From Eledone cirrhosa (taxonomy: Eukaryota), in assembly GCA_964016885.1 (NCBI GenBank), contig OZ024754.1, positions 4,526,001-4,590,000 of the forward strand: a stretch of 64,000 nt of DNA, given 5' to 3'. The notes under the pieces were generated by a model that searched no databases, was not told where the DNA came from, and saw only the letters and a program-made list of their open reading frames with translations. The position numbers were made by a program, and so were the translations under genes. Positions 51,351-64,000 of the stretch are shown here, piece by piece (the stretch's first letter is position 1; the number at the start of each line of letters is the position of its first letter).

Positions 51351-52379
51351 ATACATATTTTGAACTGTTTTTACTCACTAATAACCGAAAGAAGCAATGT
51401 CTGAATCGTTAGAACGTTTAATCAAAATGTTGACCTCAGTATTGGAATGGGACTTAATTTCTCGACTCTCTGAAGAGAGAAAAGTTAGGTGGACACCAGT
51501 AAATTTAGACTTAGAATGCAAAGGGACATAACTAACTACTGCAAGTCACTTTGTCCAACCCTCTATTGATTCTCTTCTGTAATCTATCACTCATTCTATG
51601 GCAACAATATTAAGTTGAAAAAAAAAATGCATCTCCATTTTTTTATGAATGTCGTTGTTGTTTAGCCCTAGGTCAGCCTTGATTGAGTAAACCTATGATT
51701 AATCAAAGGTCTTCCTTCTACGACCATCCAGTCACTTTATCAGCTGCCACATTCTACAAATTCATTGAATGACTTCTTTCAGTTTTGAATGAAATTTGAG
51801 GAAAATTTTGTTTCTATTTCTAGTTGGTCGAGCGACCACATGCAGGCCCCATGGTTCACTCATTGTTTTGTAAATATTGTTGATGTTTAACATCAAAGCA
51901 GGCCTGATTGAACAATCTTATGGACAAAAGCATTCCAGCCATTGCCACTCAGCCTTTTCTTAACATGCAGCAAATTCAAGATTATATTATCCTTCGTGGA
52001 ATTTTGTCAGATATCACTGCTCTTACTAGCACATCGAGCAATACTATAAACTCGTTCTTTTTGTAGTTATAATAAATGTTAACCATGGTGGTGAGAAGGC
52101 GGTGGTGAGGAGGGCGATGAGGACGAGGGGGTGTCATGGCATTGCAATATACAGCCGTCACGCGTAACGTGTCTGTGCTTATAAATGAAATCATTTCAAT
52201 TTGTATACACACACACGTGTATATATATATGCATATACATATATATATATATATATATATATGTATTTATGTGTGTTTCTATACATACATTAGTATTTGT
52301 TTTTCTCTTTTTTAATTTTAATATATTTATTACTTATGATGTTGTGTGTGTGTGTGTGTGTATCTATCTATGATATATA

Positions 52380-53260
<881 letters not shown>

Positions 53261-54021
53261 ACCTGCTGAGATGGCAAGCTGTTCACAACGAGGCTCTTTG
53301 TTTCAGTGAACAAGATTAATGAGGATTCATGCTTGGGTAGAGAGCTGGGGTAGGGAAGGAGGGACTGGTGTTAGGAGGGCGATAACTGGGTCAAGTGAAA
53401 GTCTCCAGAAAAGCAAAGCTAATCGACCAAAGATCGGGTGCGGTAGAAGGCGTTATATATACGTACGTGTGTGTGTGCGCGCGTGTGTGTGTTTGTTTGT
53501 GTTGACGTTGTGGTTCTTATCATCTTACCTCCGCTCCCACCACGGCCATCACCACTACAAAATTAATTTGCGACCTCCTTGTGCCAATGTGAGAAATCTT
53601 GAAAGCCTTATAATTGATGTTGATGTTGTTGTTGCTGTTATTTCTGTTTAGCCCCCAGGAGTCACCACTGATTTTAATTTATGACTTAGTCAGGGGATGA
53701 TAAGAGAAAGAGGCCAGCGTCCATAACCCCTTTTTTGCTGGGTCTCCAAGGCAGATAGGAGGAAGGGAATATGCTATCTCTTGCTTAGAAACCTGAACAG
53801 ACACCGTGAAATGCATACATAGATCTAAGTGGAGGTGTTAAACAGGGAGATGTTTAGTCTCCCACCCAAACGGTGGCTTTATTGACGTTGTTACTGCTGC
53901 TGTTGTCGTTGTTGTTTTTGTTGTTGTTTAGTCTCAGGTCTTCTCTCATCCAGGGTCCTATGATCAAAAAATGTCCAACAGAACCCGTCCTGTTTTCTAT
54001 TCAGTCATACACCATCTACGA

Positions 54022-54185
54022 CAGGCATGGGTAACCTTCTTCGAGTATTGAGCTACATGGAATGTGACCTATCATAAGGTGGGCAGCAATTCTATAATAT
54101 TCAATTCAATTTTGAAATTAGGCGCACCATTCAAAATGTCAAACGGGCCTCATGCGGCTCACGGGCCCCAGTTTGATCATGACTG
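54022..54185. mobile_element. Non-autonomous hAT (Charlie-like) MITE
   Basis: Ends CAGGCATGG / TCATGACTG; 8-bp flanks ATCTACGA / ATCTAGAA fit the NTCTAGAN preference; internal GGGCC..ATGCGGC..CGGGCC. Confidence 0.7.
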
Positions 54186-54216
54186 ATCTAGAACCACGTT
54201 ATTCAATGTAGTAATT

Positions 54217-54484
54217 ATAACGTAGTAGATATAACGTAGTCGTTATAACGAAGTCGTTATAACGTAGTCGTTATAACTTAGTCGTTATAACGAAGTCGTT
54301 ATAACGTAGTCGTTATAACGTAGTCGATATAACGTAGTCGATATAACGTAGTCGATATAACGTAGTCGATATAACGTAGTCGATATAACGTAGTCGATAT
54401 AACGTAGTCGATATAACGTAGTCGATATAACGTGGTCGATATAACGTGGTCGTTATAACGTGGTCGTTATAACGTAGTAGATAT
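54217..54484. repeat. 14-bp CpG-rich minisatellite ATAACGTAGTCG(A/T)T (~19 units)
   Basis: Period 14. Confidence 0.93.
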
Positions 54485-55120
54485 AAAGTTATTTTGCATT
54501 CATCGTTGAAATTACACTGTGGTTGGTGCGATATGTATTTACGTTCTATCAGTATCAGTTCGATAAAGTAAGAAGCGATTGATATTGTTTGGCTCAAATT
54601 CAAGTTTGATCTAGCAAATCATTGATGAAATTTAATTTATTCCATACCCCCCCCCCCTTTTTTGTTTCCCTTTTCTCCCCGTTTTCTCTTTTCCGGCTTC
54701 CAGATCCGTCTCTATGTGTAACAAAAACAAACAGCTTTTATTTTTATTGTAATATTTTGTTTGTTTGTTTCTCTGTTGTAATAATCACAAGTATTGTAAG
54801 GCTTCGACCGTCTTCTTGGTCAACCAGCTGTATTCTGTCTATGGTGATTTTTTTCAGTCTTTGTCTAGGATTATTAATCCTATCCTATCATGGTCTGGTC
54901 TAGTCTGGACTTGCTTGTGTATTGTTTCCCTATATTGACCACACGTATACGACATAGTGTCGCCATGTTCTGCTTCACTACATTATATTCAGTCCTCCAT
55001 TGTTGGTGGAAAGATTTAATCTTTAACTGCCATGGAAAATGATAGCAATATTTTCTGCAAATTTTCAACCATCGATTGTTAGATTCCGCCATTTTGTCTA
55101 TATATATATATATCATCTAT

Positions 55121-55155
<35 letters not shown>

Positions 55156-56012
55156 GTGTGTCAGGCTAAATGTGCAAGATATAACATTTTAGTCTTTCTA
55201 CACTGCATGTCAGTGGCATTTTTTTTATTTTACTTTATTTTTTTTCTTATAATTTTTCCCCATAAATCTTTGCCCTTTCCTAATGGTTATCTAGTTGTGA
55301 GTGTGACGTTATTGTATCTGTACGTCTTTGTAGTATGAGATTTATTAGTGCTTCTGTCTTCTGTGCCTCCAATTATACTCGTGTCTAGATGGCTTGTCTT
55401 GCCCTGCTGTCTGTATGTCTGTGTGAATATTATCTCCCTGCGTCGTTCCTATAAGTACTCCTTTGATTCTTTATAAAATATTAATTGATGTGTGCGGATA
55501 GCTGTAGTACTAGCTACTGCAGTTCTCTTGTCTTTCAAGTGACTTGGCCAGTCAGATTGCTTCACTCCCACGTTGTATAAGGTCACTGCTTCTGTTTCAG
55601 CATGATGAGCAAATTCGATGAATGGCTTGACTTTGGGTGCTGCATACTGTGTCTTTGTTGCTGCTGTTGTTGCTGCTGTTGTTGTTGTTGTTGTTGTTGT
55701 TGATATTTAGCCCCCTAAGGGAATTCTTATCGATCAGACATGTGTAATCAAAGTCGTTCCAGTCGTGACCATCCAGTATTGTATTTTGTGTGTGTCTGCA
55801 AAACTACAAACAGTCTTGTTTATTGTGTAAACTGGCATGGTGTCATTTGAGCGAGATTTGGTTGCAATTTCTAGCAGATCTTAAGACGGCGTAATGGCTA
55901 CTACATTAGCTTGATACCATCTTTTTGTTGATGTTTACGGCCAGCTGAAAGCGTATTGAGCAGAGCTTTGATGAAAAAAAACACTATATATGTGTGTTTT
56001 AGTCTGTGTATG

Positions 56013-56043
<31 letters not shown>

Positions 56044-56879
56044 TTCCCCTCGTTATCGAATATGGCCATTGCACGAAAAAATAATAATAATAATAATAAA
56101 TATATATATATATATACATACACATATAAACACATACATATACAAACACACATATATACATATCTATGTATACATGTCTATGTATACATATACACACACA
56201 CACACACCCACATACATATACACACACACACACCCACATACATATACACACATACATAATAACAATTAACGGTGCTGTAGATATATGCATCAATAAATGT
56301 ATATATACATGTATATATACGTACGTATGTACATACATACGTACATACGTACATACGTACATACATACATACATACATACATACATACATACATACATAC
56401 ATACATACATACATACATACATACATGTTAGTAAAATGTAATGTATTCATATTTCTTTGTTTGTCTCATTGTAAGTCATGTCAATTTATTTTTACTCTGA
56501 AAAAAAAATTGAGAAAAAAAAAAAGACAAACTACCTTTTGGGGAAATGGTGAGTGTTGATAGGTTGCTCCACTCAAGGGGATATTTGAACTTCCTCTGGA
56601 GGGGAATTTTAGATCACGTTGTTATTGAAAAATGGAAGAAAAAAGAAGATATTTCCTATGTATATATTATATATATTTGATATATCCATATATATATATT
56701 TCTCAATGTTCAATACAAGTGATAAATTAACTAAAAGGTTTTGGCTTATATTTCCAATACTTATACAGGACAATTCTGTAGACTATTCGTGTAGTCTATT
56801 TACACAACGCCACGGGAAATTTGTTTGAACACAGATTATTAAAAAGCGTTCCCCCGGTCCCAGTTCTTTACTTACCTCT

Positions 56880-57239
56880 TTCTCTCACTCTCTCAATCAC
56901 TCACTCTCTCACTCACTCTCTCTCTCACTCACTCTCTCACTGACTCACTCACTCAATCACTCACTCACTCACTCACTCACTCACTCACTCACTCACTCAC
57001 TCTCTCACTCTCTCACTCACTCACTCACTCACTCACTCACTCACTCACTCACTCACTCACTCACTCACTCACTCATTCACTCACTCATTCACTCACTCAC
57101 TCACTCACTCACTCAGTCACTCAGTCACTCACTCACTCACTCACTCACTCACTCACTCACTCACTCTCTTTCTCTCACTCTCTCAATCACTCACTCTCTC
57201 ACTCTCTTTCTCTCTTTCTCTCACTCTCTCAATCACTCA

Positions 57240-57272
<33 letters not shown>

Positions 57273-57275
57273 ACT
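56880..57275. repeat. (CACT)n/(CT)n microsatellite
   Basis: Direct reading. Confidence 0.95.
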
Positions 57276-57440
57276 ATATATATATATATATATATATAGT
57301 GAGTGAGAGAGAGAAGTGCCTATCTATTTATATGCAAGTGTGTGTGTGTGAACAGCATTTTTTTAATTATGAAGCAAAGAGAAATTTCAAATTCTAGTTG
57401 CCACAATGCAAAATAACTAGAATAAAAGTTAACTGTAAAT

Positions 57441-57628
57441 AATTATTTCTACATTTGGCACAAGGCCGGCAATTATCCCAGTGCATTACTGGTACTTTTA
57501 TTTTATCGACCTCGTAAGGATGAAAGGCAAAGTTAACCTCAGCGGGATTTGAACTCAGACGATAAAGGGCCGTAACTCTTTGCTGCAAACATGGCGTCCG
57601 ACCCTCTACCGATACTGCCAAACCACCG
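57441..57628 (-). mobile_element. Family A SINE
   Basis: Match to the in-window consensus. Confidence 0.9.
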
Positions 57629-59200
57629 CTAGCTGCAACACCACCACCAACATCAGCAACACCTCTAACAACACCACCACCACCACTATCAGCAACACCA
57701 CTACCAACAGCTCCACCAACACCACAAACAGCAACACCACCACCACTATCTGCAACACCACCACCAGCATCAGCAACACCTCTAACAACAACAACAACAC
57801 CACCACCACCACTATCAGCAACACCACTACCAACAGCACCACCAACACCACAAACAGCAACACCACCACCACCACTATCAACAACACCACTACCAACAGC
57901 TCCACCAACACCACCACCACCACAAACAGCAACACCACCACCACCACTATCAACAACACCACTACCAACAGCTCCACCAACACCACCACCACCATCACTA
58001 GCTGCAACACCACCACCACAAACAGCAACACCACCACCACCACCACTATCAACAACACCACTACCAACAGCTCCACCAACACCACCACCACCATCACTAG
58101 CTGCAACACCACCACCACAAACAGCAACACCACCACCACCACTATCAACAACACCACTACCAACAGCTCCACCAACACCACCACCACCACCATCACTAGC
58201 TGCAACACCACCACCACAAACAGCAACACCACCACCACCACCACTATCAACAACACCACTACCAACAGCTCCACCAACACCACCACCACCATCACTAGCT
58301 GCAACACCACCACCACAAACAGCAACACCACCACCACCACTATCAACAACACCACTACCAACAGCTCCACCAACACCACCACCACCATCACTAGCTGCAA
58401 CACCACCACCACAAACAGCAACACCACCACCACCACTATCAACAACACCACTACCAACAGCTCCACCAACACCACCACCACCATCACTAGCTGCAACACC
58501 ACCACCACAAACAGCAACACCACCACCACCACTATCAACAACACCACTACCAACAGCTCCACCAACACCACCACCACCATCACTAGCTGCAACACCACCA
58601 CCACAAACAGCAACACTACCACCACCACTATCAACAACACCACTACCAACAGCTCCACCAACACCACCACCACCATCACTAGCTGCAACACCACCACCAC
58701 CACAAACAGCAACACCACCACCACCACTATCAACAACACCACTACCAACAGCTCCACCAACACCACCACCACCATCACTAGCTGCAACACCACCACCACA
58801 AACAGCAACACCACCACCACCACCACTATCAACAACACCACTACCAACAGCTCCACCAACACCACCACCACCATCACTAGCTGCAACACCACCACCACAA
58901 ACAGCAACACCACCACCACCACTATCAACAACACCACTACCAACAGCTCCACCAACACCACCACCACCATCACTAGCTGCAACACCACCACCACAAACAG
59001 CAACACTACCACCACCACTATCAACAACACCACTACCAACAGCTCCACCAACACCACCACCACCATCACTAGCTGCAACACCACCACCACCACAAACAGC
59101 AACACCACCACCACCACTATCAACAACACCACTACCAACAGCTCCACCAACACCACCACCACCATCACTAGCTGCAACACCACCACCACCACAAACAGCA
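57629..59200. repeat. ~96-bp higher-order repeat built from ACC/AAC/AGC triplets (~14 units plus precursor units)
   Basis: Period 96 (58339, 58435, 58531), with +/-3-bp variants. Confidence 0.92.
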
Positions 59201-59741
59201 GCCACAAATATAAGAAAATAACAACAGCAACGACAACAACAATATATACGCCGGTGGCATTTTTCTCCATCGACCCAACCATTGCACTACCGCCGCCATT
59301 AACACCTCCACATTTCCACGACAAACCATCCTTTAACTCAGCTCATCAAGATCAATATCATCATCATTATCATCAGCATCATTATCATCATCATCATTAT
59401 CATCAGCATCATCAGCATCATCATCATCATCCTCGCCAACGTTGCCATCATCATTACAAACAAACATCATCATCTTCAGAATCGTCACCAACATCATCAC
59501 CTTTATGAAGATAATCATCATCATCATCATCATCACCATCGTAGTCGTCATCATCATCATCATCATCACCACCACCACCACCACCACCATGATCACCAAC
59601 ATCACTTTTTATGATCATCATCATTATCATCATTATCATCATTCTAATCATCATTCTAATCATCATTATCATCATCATCACCATCACCATCATCATCATC
59701 ATCATCAAACATCATCATCAAACTTATCATCAAACTTAAAG

Positions 59742-59928
59742 AGCGGGGTATTGGCAGTATCGGTAGAGGGTCGGACGCCATGCTTTCCAGCATAGTTACG
59801 TCCCTTTACGATCTGAGTTCAAATCCCGGCGAGGTTGACTTTGCCTTTCTACCTTACGGAGTCGATAAAATAAAGTACCAGTAATACACTGGGGTAGTTG
59901 CTGGCTTTGTGCCAATAGTACAAACAAT
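59742..59928 (+). mobile_element. Family A SINE
   Basis: Match to the in-window consensus. Confidence 0.9.
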
Positions 59929-60221
59929 TATCATCACCTTTATGATGATCACAATACTCACACCATCCCCCCCCCCTTTCCTTTCCCTCCCCCTTTCCAC
60001 TTCTTCCCACTTCTTCCCACTTCTTCCCACTTTTCCTCCTCCTCATCGTTCTTATCATCATCATCAACATCAACATCAACATCATCATCATCATCCTTAC
60101 ACAACCTCCTTCAGAAGAATTTACGTGGACACAAATGTTTTTTCCTTTAAATATGTTTTTTTCTTTTCTTGTTTTGACTTTTCAGAGATTTTTCATCTTG
60201 AAGATATGTTTGTGTGTTTAT

Positions 60222-60995
60222 ATTCACAGTCATATATACACAGTCATATATATACAGTCATATATACACAGTCATATATATACACAGTCATATATACACA
60301 GTCATATATATACACAGTCTTATATATAGTCATATATATACAGTCATATATACACAGTCATATATATATACACAGTCATATATACAGTCATATATATATA
60401 TATACACAGTCATATATACACAGTCATATATACACAGTCATATATACACAGTCATATATATACAGTCATATATACACAGTCATATATACACAGTCATATA
60501 TATATACACAGTCATATATACAGTCATATATATACAGTCATATATACACAGTCATATATATACACAGTCATATATACACAGTCATATATATACACAGTCA
60601 TATATACACAGTCATATATATACACAGTCTTATATATAGTCATATATATACAGTCATATATACACAGTCATATATATATACACAGTCATATATACAGTCA
60701 TATATATATATATACACAGTCATATATACACAGTCATATATACACAGTCATATATACACAGTCATATATATACACAGTCATATATACACAGTCATATATA
60801 TACAGTCATATATACACAGTCATATATATACAGTCATATATACACAGTCATATATACACAGTCATATATATATACAGTCATATATACACAGTCATATATA
60901 TACGCAGTCATATATACACAGTCATATATACACAGTCATATATTCACAGTCATATATTCAGTCATATATACACAGTCATATATACAGTCATATAT
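60222..60995. repeat. CAGTCA(TA)n(CA) variable-length minisatellite
   Basis: Direct reading. Confidence 0.93.
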
Positions 60996-61285
60996 ATACA
61001 TACACACAAACATGTGTGTATACATACAGATATATATATGTCACAATATTGTATATGTATACATACCTATATTTATATATGTATACACACACACACATAC
61101 ACATGTATGTATATATATATATGTGTGTCTGTGTGTGTTTGTATATACACACATGCATATATACATATGCATGTGTACATATATATATATATGTGTTAGC
61201 ATTATATACTTTCTACACGTAGTACTGTGTTTCTTCCTTTCTTTCTCTTGCTCTGTTTATATATACTTTCGAGTTCAATATATAT

Positions 61286-61316
<31 letters not shown>

Positions 61317-61317
61317 T

Positions 61318-61424
<107 letters not shown>

Positions 61425-61511
61425 TATATATATATATTATATATACACACACATATATATATAGACACATATGTATATATTATATATACACACATATATA
61501 TATATATAGAC

Positions 61512-61598
<87 letters not shown>

Positions 61599-61680
61599 TT
61601 TATATACCTTTCTATACATGCATATTCGTGTCATGTTATTCTTGATTCGGTTATTATTATTATTATTATTATTATTATCG

Positions 61681-61722
<42 letters not shown>

Positions 61723-61854
61723 TATACTTAAAAATGTATATAAAAGTTCAAATAAAAACGTACTCAATAATACACCTCTGTGTATGTGTTTATACATACA
61801 CATACATACATATATATATATATATTATATATATATATATATATATGTATACAT

Positions 61855-61905
<51 letters not shown>

Positions 61906-62089
61906 CAAATATATATATATATATATACATACAAATATATATATATATATATATATACATACAAATATATATATATATATATATACATACAAATATATAT
62001 ATATATATATATATACATACAAATATATATATACATATATATACATACAAACATATATATATATACACACACACATATGCAAATATACC

Positions 62090-62122
<33 letters not shown>

Positions 62123-62164
62123 ATATATGTATGGGCATATATACATAAATATATTTTTTATATG

Positions 62165-62199
<35 letters not shown>

Positions 62200-62226
62200 A
62201 TGTGCGTATGAGCGTGTGTGCTTCTC

Positions 62227-62278
<52 letters not shown>

Positions 62279-62459
62279 TGTGTGTGTCCCCATGTATGTA
62301 TGTGTATGTTTTCCTTCATTCTGTCTCCTGCCTAATTCAATTGCAGATTGCCTGGCTGTTCACCCTCCAGTACACTCCTCCATTGATTGTGTGCTAGCAA
62401 TCTCCGTGTGGAAAACTCTTTCCCCGGGAGCTATCATTACACGCTGGACCGGTACACAC

Positions 62460-62518
62460 CAGTTCCACTCTCTCTCTCTCTCTCTACTCAGGCTATCTCT
62501 CTCTCTCTCTTACTCTCT

Positions 62519-62549
<31 letters not shown>

Positions 62550-63255
62550 CCCCTCTGCCTCTCTCTCTCTCTCCCACTCTCTCTCTCAAGACATATTTCA
62601 TCTTTTACCCTTTTTCTCTCCATTACTTTCACTTTCTCCTCCTCCTCTCTCATTTTATCTTAAAATTGTACTCTCCTTATTTCTCTCTCTCTCTCTCTCT
62701 ATAGAGAGAGACTTTTTTCTCCCTTCCTCCCTATTTTCTCTCTATGCTACTTTTTTATCTTAACATTGTACTCTCTCCTTCTCTCTCTCTCCTTCTCTCT
62801 CTCCTTCTCCGTCTCTCTCCTTCTATCCGTCACCTCCCTCTCCTTCTATCTCTCACCTCTCTCCGTCTCATTCTCACCTTCCCTCTCTCTCCTTCCTCTC
62901 TCTCATTCTCTCTCTCCTCCCTCTCTCTCCTCCCTCTCTCTCCTTCCTCTCTCTCCTTCCTCTCTCTCATTCTCTCTCTCCTCCCTCTCTCTCCTTCTCT
63001 CTATCATTTCTCTCTCACCTCTCTCTCACTTCTCTCTCACTTCTCTCTCACTTCTCTCTCACCTCTCTCTCACTTCTCTCTCACTTCTCTCTCACTTCTC
63101 TCTCACCTCTCTCTCACTTCTCTCTCACCTCTCTCTCACTTCTCTCTCATCTCTCATCGCTCTCTCTCTCTCTCATCTCTCACCTCTCATCTCTCTCATC
63201 TCTCATCTCTCTCTCTCTCTCTCTCATCTCTCATCTCTCTCTCTCTCATCTCTCA

Positions 63256-63288
<33 letters not shown>

Positions 63289-63370
63289 CTCTCTCTCTCT
63301 CTCTCTCATCTCTCATCTCTCTCTCTCTCTCATCTCTCATCTCTCTCTCTCTCATCTCTCTCATCTCTCA

Positions 63371-63401
<31 letters not shown>

Positions 63402-63609
63402 ATTTCTCTCTCCCATCTCTCTCTCATCTCTCTCTCTCCTCCACACCCTCTCTCTGTTAGTGTCTCTCTATCGTGTATATGTTTCTCTCTTTTACACTCC
63501 ATCTGGGCTATTTTCTCTGTTTCAAAAATCTCCCCCACACCCTCATTTTTCCTTATTTCTTTCTCCTTCAATTTCTCTCTCTTTCTATCTGTTTCTCTCT
63601 TTTATACAC

Positions 63610-63678
<69 letters not shown>

Positions 63679-64000
63679 GTCTCACTGTGTTCCTTGTCTT
63701 TCTTATTGTTCTCTCATTCTCCCTCCATGTTTTTTCTTTCATTCAAAGAATTGTTTTCTTTTATAAATATTTTCATTTGTTGTTGGTTTATTATTTGTAT
63801 TTATTTATTTCAAATCTCTCTTTTCTGTACCCCCACCTCCCCTCTCTTCTCTCTCCCTCTCTCTCCCTCCCCCTCCCTCTCTCTCCCTCTATCTCCCTCC
63901 CCTCCCTATCTCTCCCTCCCCCTCCCTCTATCTCCCTTCCCCTCCCTCTCTCTCTCCCTCTCTCCATCCCCCTCTCTCCCTCTCTCTCCCTCTCTCTCTC
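62460..64000. repeat. Polypyrimidine (CT)n-rich low-complexity region
   Basis: Direct reading. Confidence 0.9.

Noticed and set aside
54880-55095. Minus-strand ORF starting CAAAATGGCGG (Kozak/YY1-like)
   Set aside because: Short, no recognisable domain or splice donor, and abuts (TA)n.
57394-59508. Long ORFs (642, 603, 572 aa) as a mucin or glycine-rich protein gene
   Set aside because: The + ORF starts at a TTG inside a SINE, three frames are open simply because of CAN/ACC triplets, there is no signal peptide, and similar CAC/CAT tracts are common and non-coding elsewhere in the window.

Overview
AT-rich, extremely repeat-dense eukaryotic DNA, most likely octopus (coleoid cephalopod) intronic or intergenic sequence, judged from recalled octopus-type tRNA-derived SINEs and very long (TA)n/(CA)n/(CT)n/(TATC)n microsatellites. 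Nearly all ORFs in the supplied track are microsatellite artefacts. Real coding signal is limited to non-LTR retrotransposon fragments (a Tx1/L1-clade ORF2 C-terminus, R4/NeSL-like RT and C-terminal pieces, several RTE pieces) and a few isolated candidate + strand exons of an unidentified gene. The most striking unexplained layer is a set of short (70-400 bp) non-coding elements lodged in or beside (TA)n tracts. They carry type I hammerhead ribozyme folds (two near-canonical, two sharing an unusual CAGAAGA core, one minimal, several degenerate) and/or long fold-back inverted repeats, resembling non-autonomous Penelope-like or retrozyme-type elements. Other highlights are two independent insertions of one Tx1 family into the same (TATC)n tract, a 46-bp satellite born from an RTE ORF end, a 7x array of Pol III B-boxes, and recurrent palindromes centred on (TA)n. 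All calls were made by eye, no database searches were run, and some boundaries are approximate.
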